From Hyphochytrium catenoides (taxonomy: Eukaryota > Protista > Hyphochytriomycota): a stretch of 64,000 bases of DNA. The stretch lies in contig FLMG01001274.1 of assembly GCA_900088475.1 (NCBI GenBank), forward strand, positions 1-64,000. Direction: 5' to 3'. A program made the translations under genes and the position numbers. The notes under the pieces were generated by a model. That model saw only the letters and a list, made by a program, of their open reading frames with translations. It did not search any database and was not told where the DNA came from. This document shows, in pieces, positions 1 through 11,100 of the stretch. Within the stretch, counting starts at the first letter, position 1; each line of letters starts with the position of its first letter.

Positions 1-2774
1 CTTCTGCAGGCCTAGACTTGCGCTCACAAGCTCGCTTGCGGGCTACTTCCCTCCCGCGCGCGCAGGGACTTTCCTTCGGGCTGCCCCTATTTCTTGATTG
101 CAAGTGAAGGTCTCTTCTCCGTTGGTGTGCCGGGTGATGCTGTGGTGATTCCTAAGTATCCCTCCCCTTGCGTGCAGTCCAGCCTCTTGTTGCATGTCTT
201 GAGCCCGTCCAATGGATGCGTTTGACGATCTTGGCACAGTCTGCCGTCGTGGCGGTGGCGCTCATCAACGTCACCTCCTCGTACAAGACCTTCTCTTTCA
301 TGCCTTTCGGCATCCTGGTCTCACAGCCTCCCACGAACCTCGGCACCTCGTTCCGGGCTCCGATTAGAAGCCTGGAGATTTGTTGGTTCGCGGATATTCG
401 CCCTCCTTTCAGTACTCGGCCTTTGATGCGTCCGTCACGGATTCCCTGCAGTCCAGAATCCCTTCCCCATACAGCAGTCCATGCCGGCTATCAAGGTCGT
501 TTGTCTGAGAATGCGAAATGAGGAGGAAGTACGACGGTCCCTGCCAGGCTTCTGGGCTACAGTTTGTGCCGCTCGTCTGGGAGTCTGCTTTTGGTGGTGC
601 CATGCCCTATGTACTGGATTCTGTGCAACAGCTGGTAAAGCTTCAAGTGTGAACGTGCCGCTCTTGATGCTTCCCGTCCTCTTGTTCATTGGTCTCGGTT
701 GGCAAAGATTCTGACTCTCCACACCACAAACTCTTTCGCCATCCATGAAGAGATTGCGCTATAGATTCTGAAGCGTGTTCCTATTCAGCAGCAGTTGGTC
801 CCCGCTCTCGCTTGCATGATTGAGCCGGATGATGTTGATGGTGGCCTCGGCGCGACTTCCCTTTCTTCTTCTCCTCCTTGGTCTCCTATCATTATTGCGG
901 AAGAGTTCAACTATGATTCTTCTTCCTTTTCCGACGACATTGCTGGCGGAGAAGAACGCGTTGTAGAGTCCAGGGCTTCGTAGCTCTCGTCCCCTCTTCT
1001 TCTCCCTCTCATTCTCCTTCTCCTCGCTCCTCCACCTAAGACAATGTGTCAAGCAGTGGTAACGAATCGAACCTCCCTGTGGCTTTCTGCTGAAGTCGGA
1101 CAATCTTTGAAGAACAGCTGAGGACAAGCCCCAGAATGGTGTGAGAACCAAGAGACAGGAAGTTACTACGCTCTTCTCATCATACATCGAGACCTGCAGG
1201 AAGAGAATTGAAGAGACCAAAACAACAACGCCGTAGCTCTTGCTTGCTCATCTCTTCCACTCTCTTTTCCCGTTCTGAATAGTAGTGGCTGATTCATCAA
1301 CAAAAAGCTTGACCTGTTAGCTCTTACTGTCTCTCTTCTTCCTCGTATCCTCTCTAGTTCTTCTTCTAAGTGGTAGTCGCTAGTAATCTATTTATCATCA
1401 TCAAAGATGCTCTGAAAGAAGAAGAAAGCAAACTTTGCCCCTCTTGAGCAGCCTCTTCACATCCTTCCGCCCATTCAGAAGCCTTCTTTGTAATAGTAAG
1501 GTTGTTGACTTGTGGCTTCTCACTGATGAGATGGCTGAGCTGACTGGAATCTTTTCTATTTGGAGGGCATGACGATGGACGTAGAACTGAGATTAATGAA
1601 GGTTACGAGCTCAAGGAGAGCTTGATAGACTGATAATGGTCTTAAGTACTATAAAGCCTAGGTATGCAGAAAGCTATGACGTTGATATGCAAGAGAGGAA
1701 GCAGAGAGAGAACAAGGAGTCTTAGAAATTTTTTGAATGGTCACCAAAGGGATCCGTCGTCTCGTGGCAAGATAGTCGGCAATACAGGGGTGGTCAGAAG
1801 GAAGGGAAGAAGTAAAGTCGGAAAGAGAGATAGAGGTCATGAAGTAAGAACAAATGTCGAGGATGCTTCCTAGGGAAAGAAGAAGATAGGACAAGTAAAA
1901 AAAAAAAAGAAGAGTATTCCTGGCCAAAGAAGCCCCAGAAGAAAGAGTGCTCAACATCCACTTCTTTCAGCAGCATAACGTGTCCATCACGGCCTCACTG
2001 CAACCCTAAGGCGTTGCCTAGACCATGGTCCGTCCCTGCTGGTTTATATATCCAGAGACGTCCAAAGACAAACTACTTGTGAGGCGCATCACCGTCACGC
2101 GGTACTAGTCCGTTAGATTGCGACGGGGTTTGACATGCAGAAAATGGCGTGTGACTGACGATGAGACTCTACCACTATCCGTTAGCACTTTTTGAAGAGC
2201 ATTTATGATCCCTCTTGCTTCTCGTTCTCCCATATCAATTCTGTCGCTCCGTACAAGGCTTTGCAGTTGGCAGTAGTATGATGTAAGTAATCATTACTAT
2301 CTCAAGCTCCCATCGAACTCATTATCCTCATTATCCTCATTCTGCTATTTGCACTAGATTAACAAAGAGCTGCAAGCAGATTGCCACTTATCAAGGACTA
2401 ACCATCACCCTCATCGCCCGTTCCCAGTCAGGTGAACGCCGTCCTTATCCTAAGAGGCTTCTCCCATAATGCACTTGGTCCCAGCGCTTGTTGCTCCTTG
2501 AAACAATAGGCTTCAGGAGTATATGGTACTACACCACACGGTGTAGGATGCCATGAACCACTTGCCGCCCTTAGAGAATCTTCGTCGAAGAGGAGAAAGG
2601 AGTACAGGCATCCTCGCCAAAATCGCTGAACCTGTAAGCGACAACTTCCTTCCTACGTAGTATTGGCACCAACAACCTGGCCGGTACAATTTGTTAACAG
2701 TGAGCGACGTCTAAGTCTTGCATCATTTTACTTCCTTCATCTCAAAGGAGGCAACCCACAGGTCAGGACGCCTT

Positions 2775-3625
2775 CTATTTCTTGCAGTTTGGCGCTTGGG
2801 AGGTTGAATCCCTGACCCAAGTGTTAGCTAGGTTTCGATACAATCGCGGCATGAAGGTCAATATATTCCGTTTCTTACCACTTGCTGATCCGTACGGCAG
2901 AGAGCTGATCGTTATAGGACTGATCGCCAAAACTTGTCCATGTGTGGAAGCAATATGGTGCTCCATCGTCTTTTCCATCGTAAAAAGCTTCCAGAAAATA
3001 GCCAGGCTTCACCCAGACAGAGCTGACCATGTCATTCATATTCAATAAGGAATCGTCATTACCCAGATCGTCCCAAAGGGTTGGCTCAGTGTAGCACTTA
3101 TACCGGGAGCCTCTACAAGATTGGGACAAGGAGTAGAGTGTGAGAAGCAGCGACTATTTTCAAGCCTGCCAGACAGTCCTTTCAGTCCTACCCGCACTGT
3201 ACGTCTGAATAGACACAGGCCACTACATCTTGACCATAAGAGCGTGGCTGTTCGCAGGAAGAAAGCGTTTGTGTTGAGTAAGAGTTATGATCATTGACGA
3301 GGAACGTCCCAGCCCATAAGTATCCTGCTGGTAAGGCCATTGTTTTGGGCACTGACCCATATCTTATGGGTGAAGAATTCTTGGTCCCCTGGTTCTGACC
3401 ACTAGATTGTTTGGAGAAAGACTTCGTTGCTTTGTTGATAGCAGGCTTAACACCGCTATACTTTTTACTAGAACTCTTGAGATGGCGCTTTGCTTCAGCA
3501 TGGAGTTGGTGAACTTCGCCCTCCCCCGTCTCGGTAGTTGCGCGCACGCCATTATTCCGCTCGTCGCAGCACGCGATAACGAGGATGGCAAACAGCCATA
3601 TCCTCTGCATCAGCAAACACATCAT
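2775..3625 (-). CDS. Secreted protein, copy A: signal peptide, RHLK motif, Ser/Lys-rich linker, beta/gamma-crystallin-like domain (3 exons)
   Basis: Predicted exons are 3625-3192, 3112-2879 and 2811-2775, with GT-AG introns and a CTAAC branch point in intron 2. The spliced C-terminus reads ACVYSDVQCGGSRYKCYTEP...MNDMVSSVWVKPGYFLEAFYDG...YNDQLSAVRISKWDSTSQAPNCKK. Intron positions match the paralog at 5248-6155. Confidence 0.8.
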
Positions 3626-4581
3626 TTTTCTTCTCCTTTTTAGTAATCAACCAGTCCAATTAGCGCCACCAAAACTCCAGACACTAAGCTTGCGTCCGCG
3701 GTGGTAGTGGTGCTGGCCCTGCTGGTGTGACTCTACCCTTGCGGATTGAAGAATGAACAATGTCCCTGAGGGATAGCTAGTTCCGGTGGGGAGAGGTGAG
3801 GGTGGAATGGGGGCACCCGTGCTAACCTTTTCTTCCCTGCTGCCCTTCGTCGCTAGGTCAGACCGCCAAGGTGCAGCACTTCCCAATAGTTCTAAGGCAG
3901 AGGAGGATGGAGGGGAGAGGAGAGGAGAGCCTCCCATGACTCAAAGAAACAGCCTCATCTGGAGTGAGAAACAGAGTGACCGTATAGAGAGAGGAACAGA
4001 GAAACAGCACAATACGGAGCAGAGCACCCTCCACCTTCCTTCCAAGAGCTCTGGTCTTCGAGGAGACTAATATTTCCCTCGTACAGTAGTAGCTATGTGC
4101 TGAGTGCCCTTTTGCCCTACTCTATAGCTCTAGGAGGCCTCCTCCAGAAAGCTAATGACCTTGGTGGAGGAGGAGGGTACTAACTCCCTCGTGCTGCTTC
4201 TATTCTCTTCGTCTCTCGGCTTCTTCTCTTCCTATGTTCGTTTCCTGAGTAGTACGGAAGGTACTCCGACCATACTATTTCTACACTATTTGTACGCTAT
4301 ACGTCACCAACTCTTTCTACTACTGTTTTGNNNNNNNNNNNNNNNNNNNNNNNNNNNNNNNNNNNNNNNNNNNNNNNNNNNNNNNNNNGTGGACCTAGAA
4401 ACGCATTTCTTGGTGATGATATGTGCAGGCTCGGGCACTGTCCTGTCAAACTCAGAGAAGAAAGCGTGTCCTCCACACAGACAGAATGGCTGTATGGAGA
4501 GAGGCACAGTAGTTCTAGATTCTAGAACACCGCCGTCTTCCGTAACATTACAAGTAGGGAGGAGCTCCCTTTACGAATCCA

Positions 4582-4932
4582 CCTAACCCTAACCCTCGAG
4601 ATCTAGTACAGAAAAAAGAACTGTCACTGAACGTTGTTGGTGGTAGTTAACAGTGTAGTTCTAAACGTTGGTTCTATTGTACTGAGGCCAACTACTGGTG
4701 TCGAAAGTCTAGTTGTCGTCCTACATGCTGATAGTTCTACTGTTTCTCTAGAATTTTATAGAAGTACTCGGGGGCCGGAAGTAGTCGAACTACCGACTAC
4801 TAGTTCTACAGTTACGGAAGCATACAGTCCCATACCCAAGTTTCTTCATTCTCATCCTCCTCTCCATAATGAGAGACTACACTTCCAAACTTCAAACTTC
4901 TCTCCTTGTTGCTTATTAGGGTTAGGGTTAGG
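4582..4932. repeat. Segment bounded by 15-bp perfect inverted telomere-like (TTAGGG) repeats
   Basis: CCTAACCCTAACCCT at 4582-4596 and AGGGTTAGGGTTAGG at 4918-4932 are exact reverse complements. Confidence 0.6.
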
Positions 4933-5247
4933 CTCTCCTACAAGCCTTATTTGTGCTACGGCAGCTGGGCGGTCTCATCGAGCGAAGAAAGGGCAATAGA
5001 GAGATAAGCGAAGAAAACAACGCGGCTCCTGCTTCTTCTCTCCTCTCTCTTCTTGTCCGTCTCTTCCCACCATGAGCTACCATTCAGACATCTTGTTCAT
5101 TGTTCATTCCGCAATAATGGCGGCGTCACAACACCGAGCATCCACCACCGCCACCACCACCACCATCAAACTCGTCCACGCCCCCTCAAGACAGGGACTC
5201 TGGTGACGCTGCTGATGGACTTGATGAGTAAGGAGAATTAAGAAACG

Positions 5248-6155
5248 ATGCGCTTGCTATTTTGGAGCATTTTGCTGTATGCTATTCTCTTGATCGCTTG
5301 CGACCGAGAAAGACATAATGGTGTGGGCGCAACTACGAGTCAGAAGTGGGAGGACAATCCTCCTCATCTCAATGATGAATCAAGGCGCCACCTGAAAGGT
5401 GGTAGTCGAGGTGGTGGAGGAGGTGGTGGAGGTGGTGGTGGTGGCCGTGGTGGTGGTAGTAGGTTTGGTACAGGCGCAGGCGTTTTTTTTGGCACAAGTC
5501 GTAGCACTACCAGGACGGCCTCGAGCACTTCTACGTCTTATTATTATCCATACCTGGTCGGAGCCGCAGGAATAGGCACGGGAGGAGGGTTACTGGGTGC
5601 TCTTTTCTCCCTTGGGAAAAATGATGATACTGATCTGACGACCATGTATTCCTGCGACGTCCCCCGCCTTGTCTCCGAGGATGCAGTGGCCTGTGTCTAT
5701 TCAGACAGACAGTGCGGGTAGGACTAATGAAAGTAGTCCCCGACAGGCTCCGCTTCACACTCGCTGGTTCTTACATTTAACTTCTTGTCTCCAATGTTGT
5801 AGAGGCTCCCAGTATCATTGCTACACTGAGCCAACCCTTAGGGACGATCTGAGTGACCACGAGCTGAACGACATGGTCAGCTCTGTCTGGGTGAAGACTG
5901 GCTATTTGCTGGAACTTTTTATCGATGGAGTAGACGATGGAGCACCATATTGCTTCCACACATGGGGCAGTTTTGGAGATCAGCAGTACAATGATGAGTT
6001 CTCTGCCGTACGGATCAGCGAATGGTAAGAAACTGAATGTATCGACCACCTATTGCACCGCGAATTATGTATTAGAGTCGATCAGCCTTGCTAACACTTG
6101 GGTCATCAGGAACTCGACCTACTCTCCAACGCCAAACTGCACAGAATTTCACTAG
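5248..6155 (+). CDS. Secreted protein, copy B: signal peptide, RRHLK motif, Gly-rich linker, hydrophobic segment, beta/gamma-crystallin-like domain (3 exons)
   Basis: Predicted exons are 5248-5717, 5803-6024 and 6110-6155. The N-terminus is hydrophobic (MRLLFWSILLYAILLIAC). Motifs LNDMVSSVWVKTGYLLELFIDG and YNDEFSAVRI resemble Greek-key ND-x-x-SS motifs. Confidence 0.8.
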
Positions 6156-6654
6156 TAGCAAACGATTCAGTCGAGGCTTCCCTTCTTTTGATTATATAGA
6201 GGAGTGGGATAATGCAAAGACCAACAAGAGACCCGCTCCTGATGATAAACAAACTATAACAGAGTTGGTGCCTACAAGCTCAACGATCCCGCCCACGATG
6301 CCTGCAATTCCTTTCTTCTTCTCCGCCGAAGAATCTCAATAATGGGCGATCAGTGTATTATGTTCTTCATTATACAATCTGCATACTCTCCTGTGTCGTA
6401 GTACCACTAAACACTCCTTTATTCCACCGCCCGCGTCCATTGTTGGGTCCAGGTGAATAATAAAATAACAGAGACGGCGCTGCTCATGATAATGACGGCC
6501 TCCACCTGACCGAGAAGGAGCGACGAGGATGATGGATAGTCTTCATGAGCGAAGTGCTTTGGTCAGAGCTCTTCGTCGTTATCTATTCTATAAGAAAAGC
6601 CCTTACTACATCCATTTATAAATGATGAAGATTATATTATGAAGCGTGTCTAAC

Positions 6655-7237
6655 CTCTTTCTTTCTTTCTGTCTCTCTCTTTCTCTCCTCTCTTTCTCCC
6701 TCTCTCTCTCTCCCTCTCTCTCACTCTCTCTCTTTCTCTCTCTCTCTCCCATATTCTATGTTTACCCATCTCTCTTCAGCTTTATCTTTGTATTCTCTCT
6801 CCTTCTCTTTCTCTCTTTCTTTTCTCTCAAGGGCTTTTTCCTCTCTCTCTCTTTTTCCCAATTCTCTGGTTACGTCTGTATCTCTTGGCCTCTCTTTGTC
6901 TCGCTCTGTCTCTATTATCTATCGTCTCCCCCATTTCTCATTACTCTTCCTCGACTCTGACTCTCTCTGTATCATCAGTCTGACACGGGCGTTAATGAAC
7001 TCCCTATAATCACTGTACTAAACGCCGTGGTACTAGAACTATTGGTAGTTCTACCGTACTCGTACCAGTATTTTTCTTGGTAGTACGCCCAGAAGAAAGT
7101 GCGCCAATATTGATGATAGCTGAGGTCAGTAACTAGAGACTGATAACCGATAAAAAGTAGTTACTGTTGGGAGTGAGGGTGCATGCTGTATCTGTTCTGA
7201 TGAGAGCGTAAGAAATCCTTTGTGCCGGGGACATTTC

Positions 7238-7282
<45 letters not shown>

Positions 7283-7342
7283 CGTTTTTTTTTCTCTCTC
7301 TCTCTCGCTGTCTCGCACGCGCTCTCTCTTTTCTCTCTCTCT
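6655..7342. repeat. (CT)n-rich microsatellite and polypyrimidine tracts
   Basis: Long CT runs are visible at about 6655-6970 and 7235-7342. Confidence 0.85.
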
Positions 7343-7664
7343 GACGCCCGCGCTCGAGTTTCTACAATTCTCTTTTTTTGATGGTCATATCTTGCCGCAC
7401 AGTTCTGCTTCGCTCTGATGCTTGATTATCACCTTATCCTCCTCTGGTCAGCTGCAGTTGCTCATACCGCACCATGAATCCTAAGCAGTGAAAGCGCAGT
7501 CAGGACATCGTAGACGAAGAACGGCGTTGACAGAGGACGGCTGAGGGCCCTATGCATATGGAAGGCATCTGATAGTGACACAGCGGATCCTTTGTGTTCC
7601 TGTCAGTCGAAGCTGTTTGGCCGCGGCGGGTGGAGACGGGAGGAGGCGCAGTAACGATAGAGAG

Positions 7665-8015
7665 ATGGGCCAAGGATTGAGCAAACAGTGGAAGAAAATG
7701 AAGCGAAAGGCACCTCCTCCCCAGAGTGAGTCCTCAAGCGAGATACCTTCTCCTTCCACGTCCCTTAGAGATCAGCGTGACCGTGGGGGATCCGCCGATA
7801 GACATCACAGCGTAGACGTTGTCCCTCAAGGAAATGCGTCTGCAGATGCGTCAGAGGTTAATATCGAGATTCCTGCACCTGTCGGCTCTTCTCACGCCTC
7901 TCCCTTCTCTCCCACTTCTGGTGAGGGTGGAGGAGATGGGTCTGAGGGACTCTCGGGGCGTCTAAACTCCAAGGTAAAAGACAGACCATCGACTTTTCTA
8001 TATTCGCCCTCTCTG

Positions 8016-8058
<43 letters not shown>

Positions 8059-8107
8059 TTCTTNNNNNNNNNNNNNNNNNNNNNNNNNNNNNNNNNNNNN
8101 NNNNNNN

Positions 8108-8161
<54 letters not shown>

Positions 8162-11100
8162 CTCTTTCCCTCTCTTATCCCTTTCGCTCTCTCAACCCTT
8201 TCTCTCTAAAACACCCTCGTTCACCTGGCTCTCTCTTATGGTCCTTTCTCCCTCTCTTACCGCCATTCTTGTCCACAATCTTGGCAGAGACGACGCTTTC
8301 AGCCCAAATTCACCTTTACGCTCGAGGAAAGAAAGACTTCCATCCTCAGTTTTCTTAAAGATAAGAAAGAGCCATCGTTCTCCTCTCCCTTGTCCATCGA
8401 CCGGCAAGCAGTCGGTGTGAAGGGCGATAGGAGCAGCCCAATTGGCCAGGAAGTGGAGGAGGAGGACAACAGCAGCTCCAGCAGTGATGAGGAGGAGAGA
8501 GAGGACGAGAAGAGAAGGCAACAGGACGACAAAAAAGCAACAAAGCCCAAATTTGGACCTAAATTCACCTTTAAGCCTCAAGAGATCACAGAAGCGCTGA
8601 AGGCCACCAGGGAGACTTCTCCACTTTCTCCTACCTTCAAGGCCCCAGACGGGCTTGGGAAGAAGGAGAGGAGAGAGAAAAGCGGAGAGATAGTGGACAC
8701 GCCGAGGAGAAGAAAGGCCAAACTTCAAGGGAGAGAGGCGGCAACAGTGGACGTCTCAGACCTGGGCGTGGAAGTGCTGGACGACGAGGAAGACTTTTTC
8801 CCCTCCGAGTCAAGCTCTGGGGAAGGAGAACATGAGGAAGATGAACTCGAAGACTGGCTAGAAGAATTGGATGAGATGCCGGTAAGTAGCGGGCGGAAAC
8901 AAGGCGACCACTGAAGGCCTTGAACATGAGAAGTTATAAGTTATAATCAATATGGTGAGGGAAGGGAGACCAAGGGACATATCGAGACCTAGAGCAGGGG
9001 GCGGACACATCTTTACACGGTTAACACCAGGATGGGAATCGATATGAGGGGCCGCGAACGGCTTCTAGATTAGGGGCAACAGAGATGGTTAGGTTAAACC
9101 CTTTGCTCAGCACATGTATGATGCAGGAAGAAAACGAGAAGACAGAACCGGAAAGTGGCACCGAGGACTCAGAAGACGAGCATCTCACCCCTTACCTGCG
9201 GGTACGAAGTCTCAGTAGAAATCCGGGTTGCTCTATGGACTCATTTTCTCTTCTTGCTTTGAATGAGCTTTCTCCTTAACATACGTCCCTGATGTTCATG
9301 GGGCAAGCAGTGTAAGTCTATCGGTTAACATGAACACTCTTCTACTTCTCTAGGCAAACAAAGGATTGTATCAGATCATGCGGCAGGTGCAGCTTATTGA
9401 TAACTTGAGTCAGACGCAGCAGGAGCAGGTTCTGCAGGCACTAAAGCCTGGTAAGGTTCCCTTCTTATCTTCGATGATCATCAAAGCTCAACTTTGTGCC
9501 TTGCCTCTCTGGCTTTCTGATCTCCTCTCTCGACGCTGCTACCTCAAGCTACTTTTAAGAAAGGAGAAATCATTGTCCGCCAAGGAGATAGAGGAGATCG
9601 CTTTTATCTGATAACCTCCGGAGAGGCTGTGGTGTCCAAGAAAGTGGATGATGAAGAGGAGGAGAGAATGATCACCCATCTCCATGTGGGCCACTATTTT
9701 GGAGAGCTAGCACTAATCTATGACGATCCTAGAGTACGGCACCCTTTACGGCGTCACTGCCTTGCTCTTTCAGATCCTCCTCTTTTAGTCTTCTCTCTTT
9801 CTCCCTTCGCCTTCCTATATATCTTCAATTCTGCTATGAAATACGATTAGACGCCAGTCCTTCGTGCGCCAAAAGGCTGACGCTTCTCGTCTTTCCGATT
9901 GCAAGGGCTCTTCCTTTCCCCTCAACCTCGCAAGCACTGATCAATTCTCCTATTTACGGTCTAAGATTCCGTGAGCTTGGTCTATTTACAATTATGCTTA
10001 GGTGTCTCTGGTCCATAATAGCCTTGCCTGATTGTTCTTTTCTTCTATCAACATCAGACGGCAACTGTGACGGCGGTGACCGATGTGCAGTGTGTCTTTC
10101 TGACCGCTGCAGACTTCAGTAGGGCAGGGCAAGTGCACCTTTCTCTTATTATGAAACAGGTGACCTACTCACTGCCGCAACTGTCGTTCTAGGCGCATTA
10201 TCCCCTGTCTCTACGTGTCATCAGCCCTTCAGCTACTTTCTCGTCCCGTATTCTCTTCCTCTTTCGCTAGTGTTGTCATGGCTTCTTGCTTATAGATTCT
10301 TCTTCGTTGTCACACCTCTTTGTTGGTTGCCCGCGTTCTTCGCTTTCCCTACCGTGTATTGTCATCTGAAGCATGTTTGCCTGCAAGGTGCCTCTCCTCT
10401 CGCAACTTGACTCTCGCGAACAAGATATCATTTTGCGGATGCTCAAACCCGCCAACTTTAATGATGGTGACTACATCTGCAGACAGGTAAGAAGGGTGAC
10501 ATCTGTGTTGGCCCTTTGCCGACTGTTGTTGCGGGCCAAACTTGAATCATACTGCCCTTCGTATCAATATTCTGTCTATTTTCTCATGTGAGCTGTCATG
10601 CTGAGTGTTACTGTCTGTGGGTCTGGCTTGCTTTGTTCTTTTAGGGTGATGAGGGCGATCGGTTCTACATTATTACAAAGGGAGAAGTTGCCATCACCGA
10701 GAACCGGCCTGATGGGGCCGAGAAGGAGCTCACCAAAGTGTATGAGGTGAGTACGCCGACAGAGTGATAAAAAAAACTATGGGAGGCTTTTGAGGAGAAC
10801 AAACATACGTAGACATGAAGACAATGCCTCCTAACTGTCAAGACTAGAGAAGGGCATAGCAGTAGGGGGACAAGGGAGAGAAGTCCCTTACCAGCTGAGA
10901 AGATGACGGCCTACAATATACTTCTCTAACTCTATTTGCCTTCCACAGGGGCACTGTTTTGGAGAGCTCGCCCTCATCCATAATGAACCAAGGGTATGTC
11001 TCGATTTTCTCACTGCCTCTCGTCGACCTTGACCACCATTTTTCTGCCTTTTCGGTCCTGGCCCTCTAACCTTGCCCATGGTCGCCTCTTTACGCTATAA

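Larger units (their letters stand above)
2330..6590. repeat. Diverged inverted segmental duplication (about 2330-3640 versus about 5235-6590)
   Basis: The two genes and about 450 bp of their 3' flanks align as reverse complements. One example is gataaggacggcgttcacctgactggg on the minus strand near 2425-2450 versus gataatgacggcctccacctgaccgag near 6488-6514. Boundaries are approximate. Confidence 0.8.

Noticed and set aside
1-2300. Short overlapping ORFs on both strands, possibly a decayed gene or transposon
   Set aside because: No recognisable domain and no consistent spliced reading frame could be built.
3188-5721. Apparent stop-codon readthrough or frameshift after QCG in both duplicated genes
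   Set aside because: Ordinary GT-AG introns that contain the TAG fully explain it, so no recoding or alternative genetic code is needed.
6646-7318. Leu/Ser-rich and Arg/Glu-rich ORFs (also at 45262-45595, 60483-60923 and 62249-63993)
   Set aside because: These are translation artefacts of (CT)n/(AG)n microsatellites.
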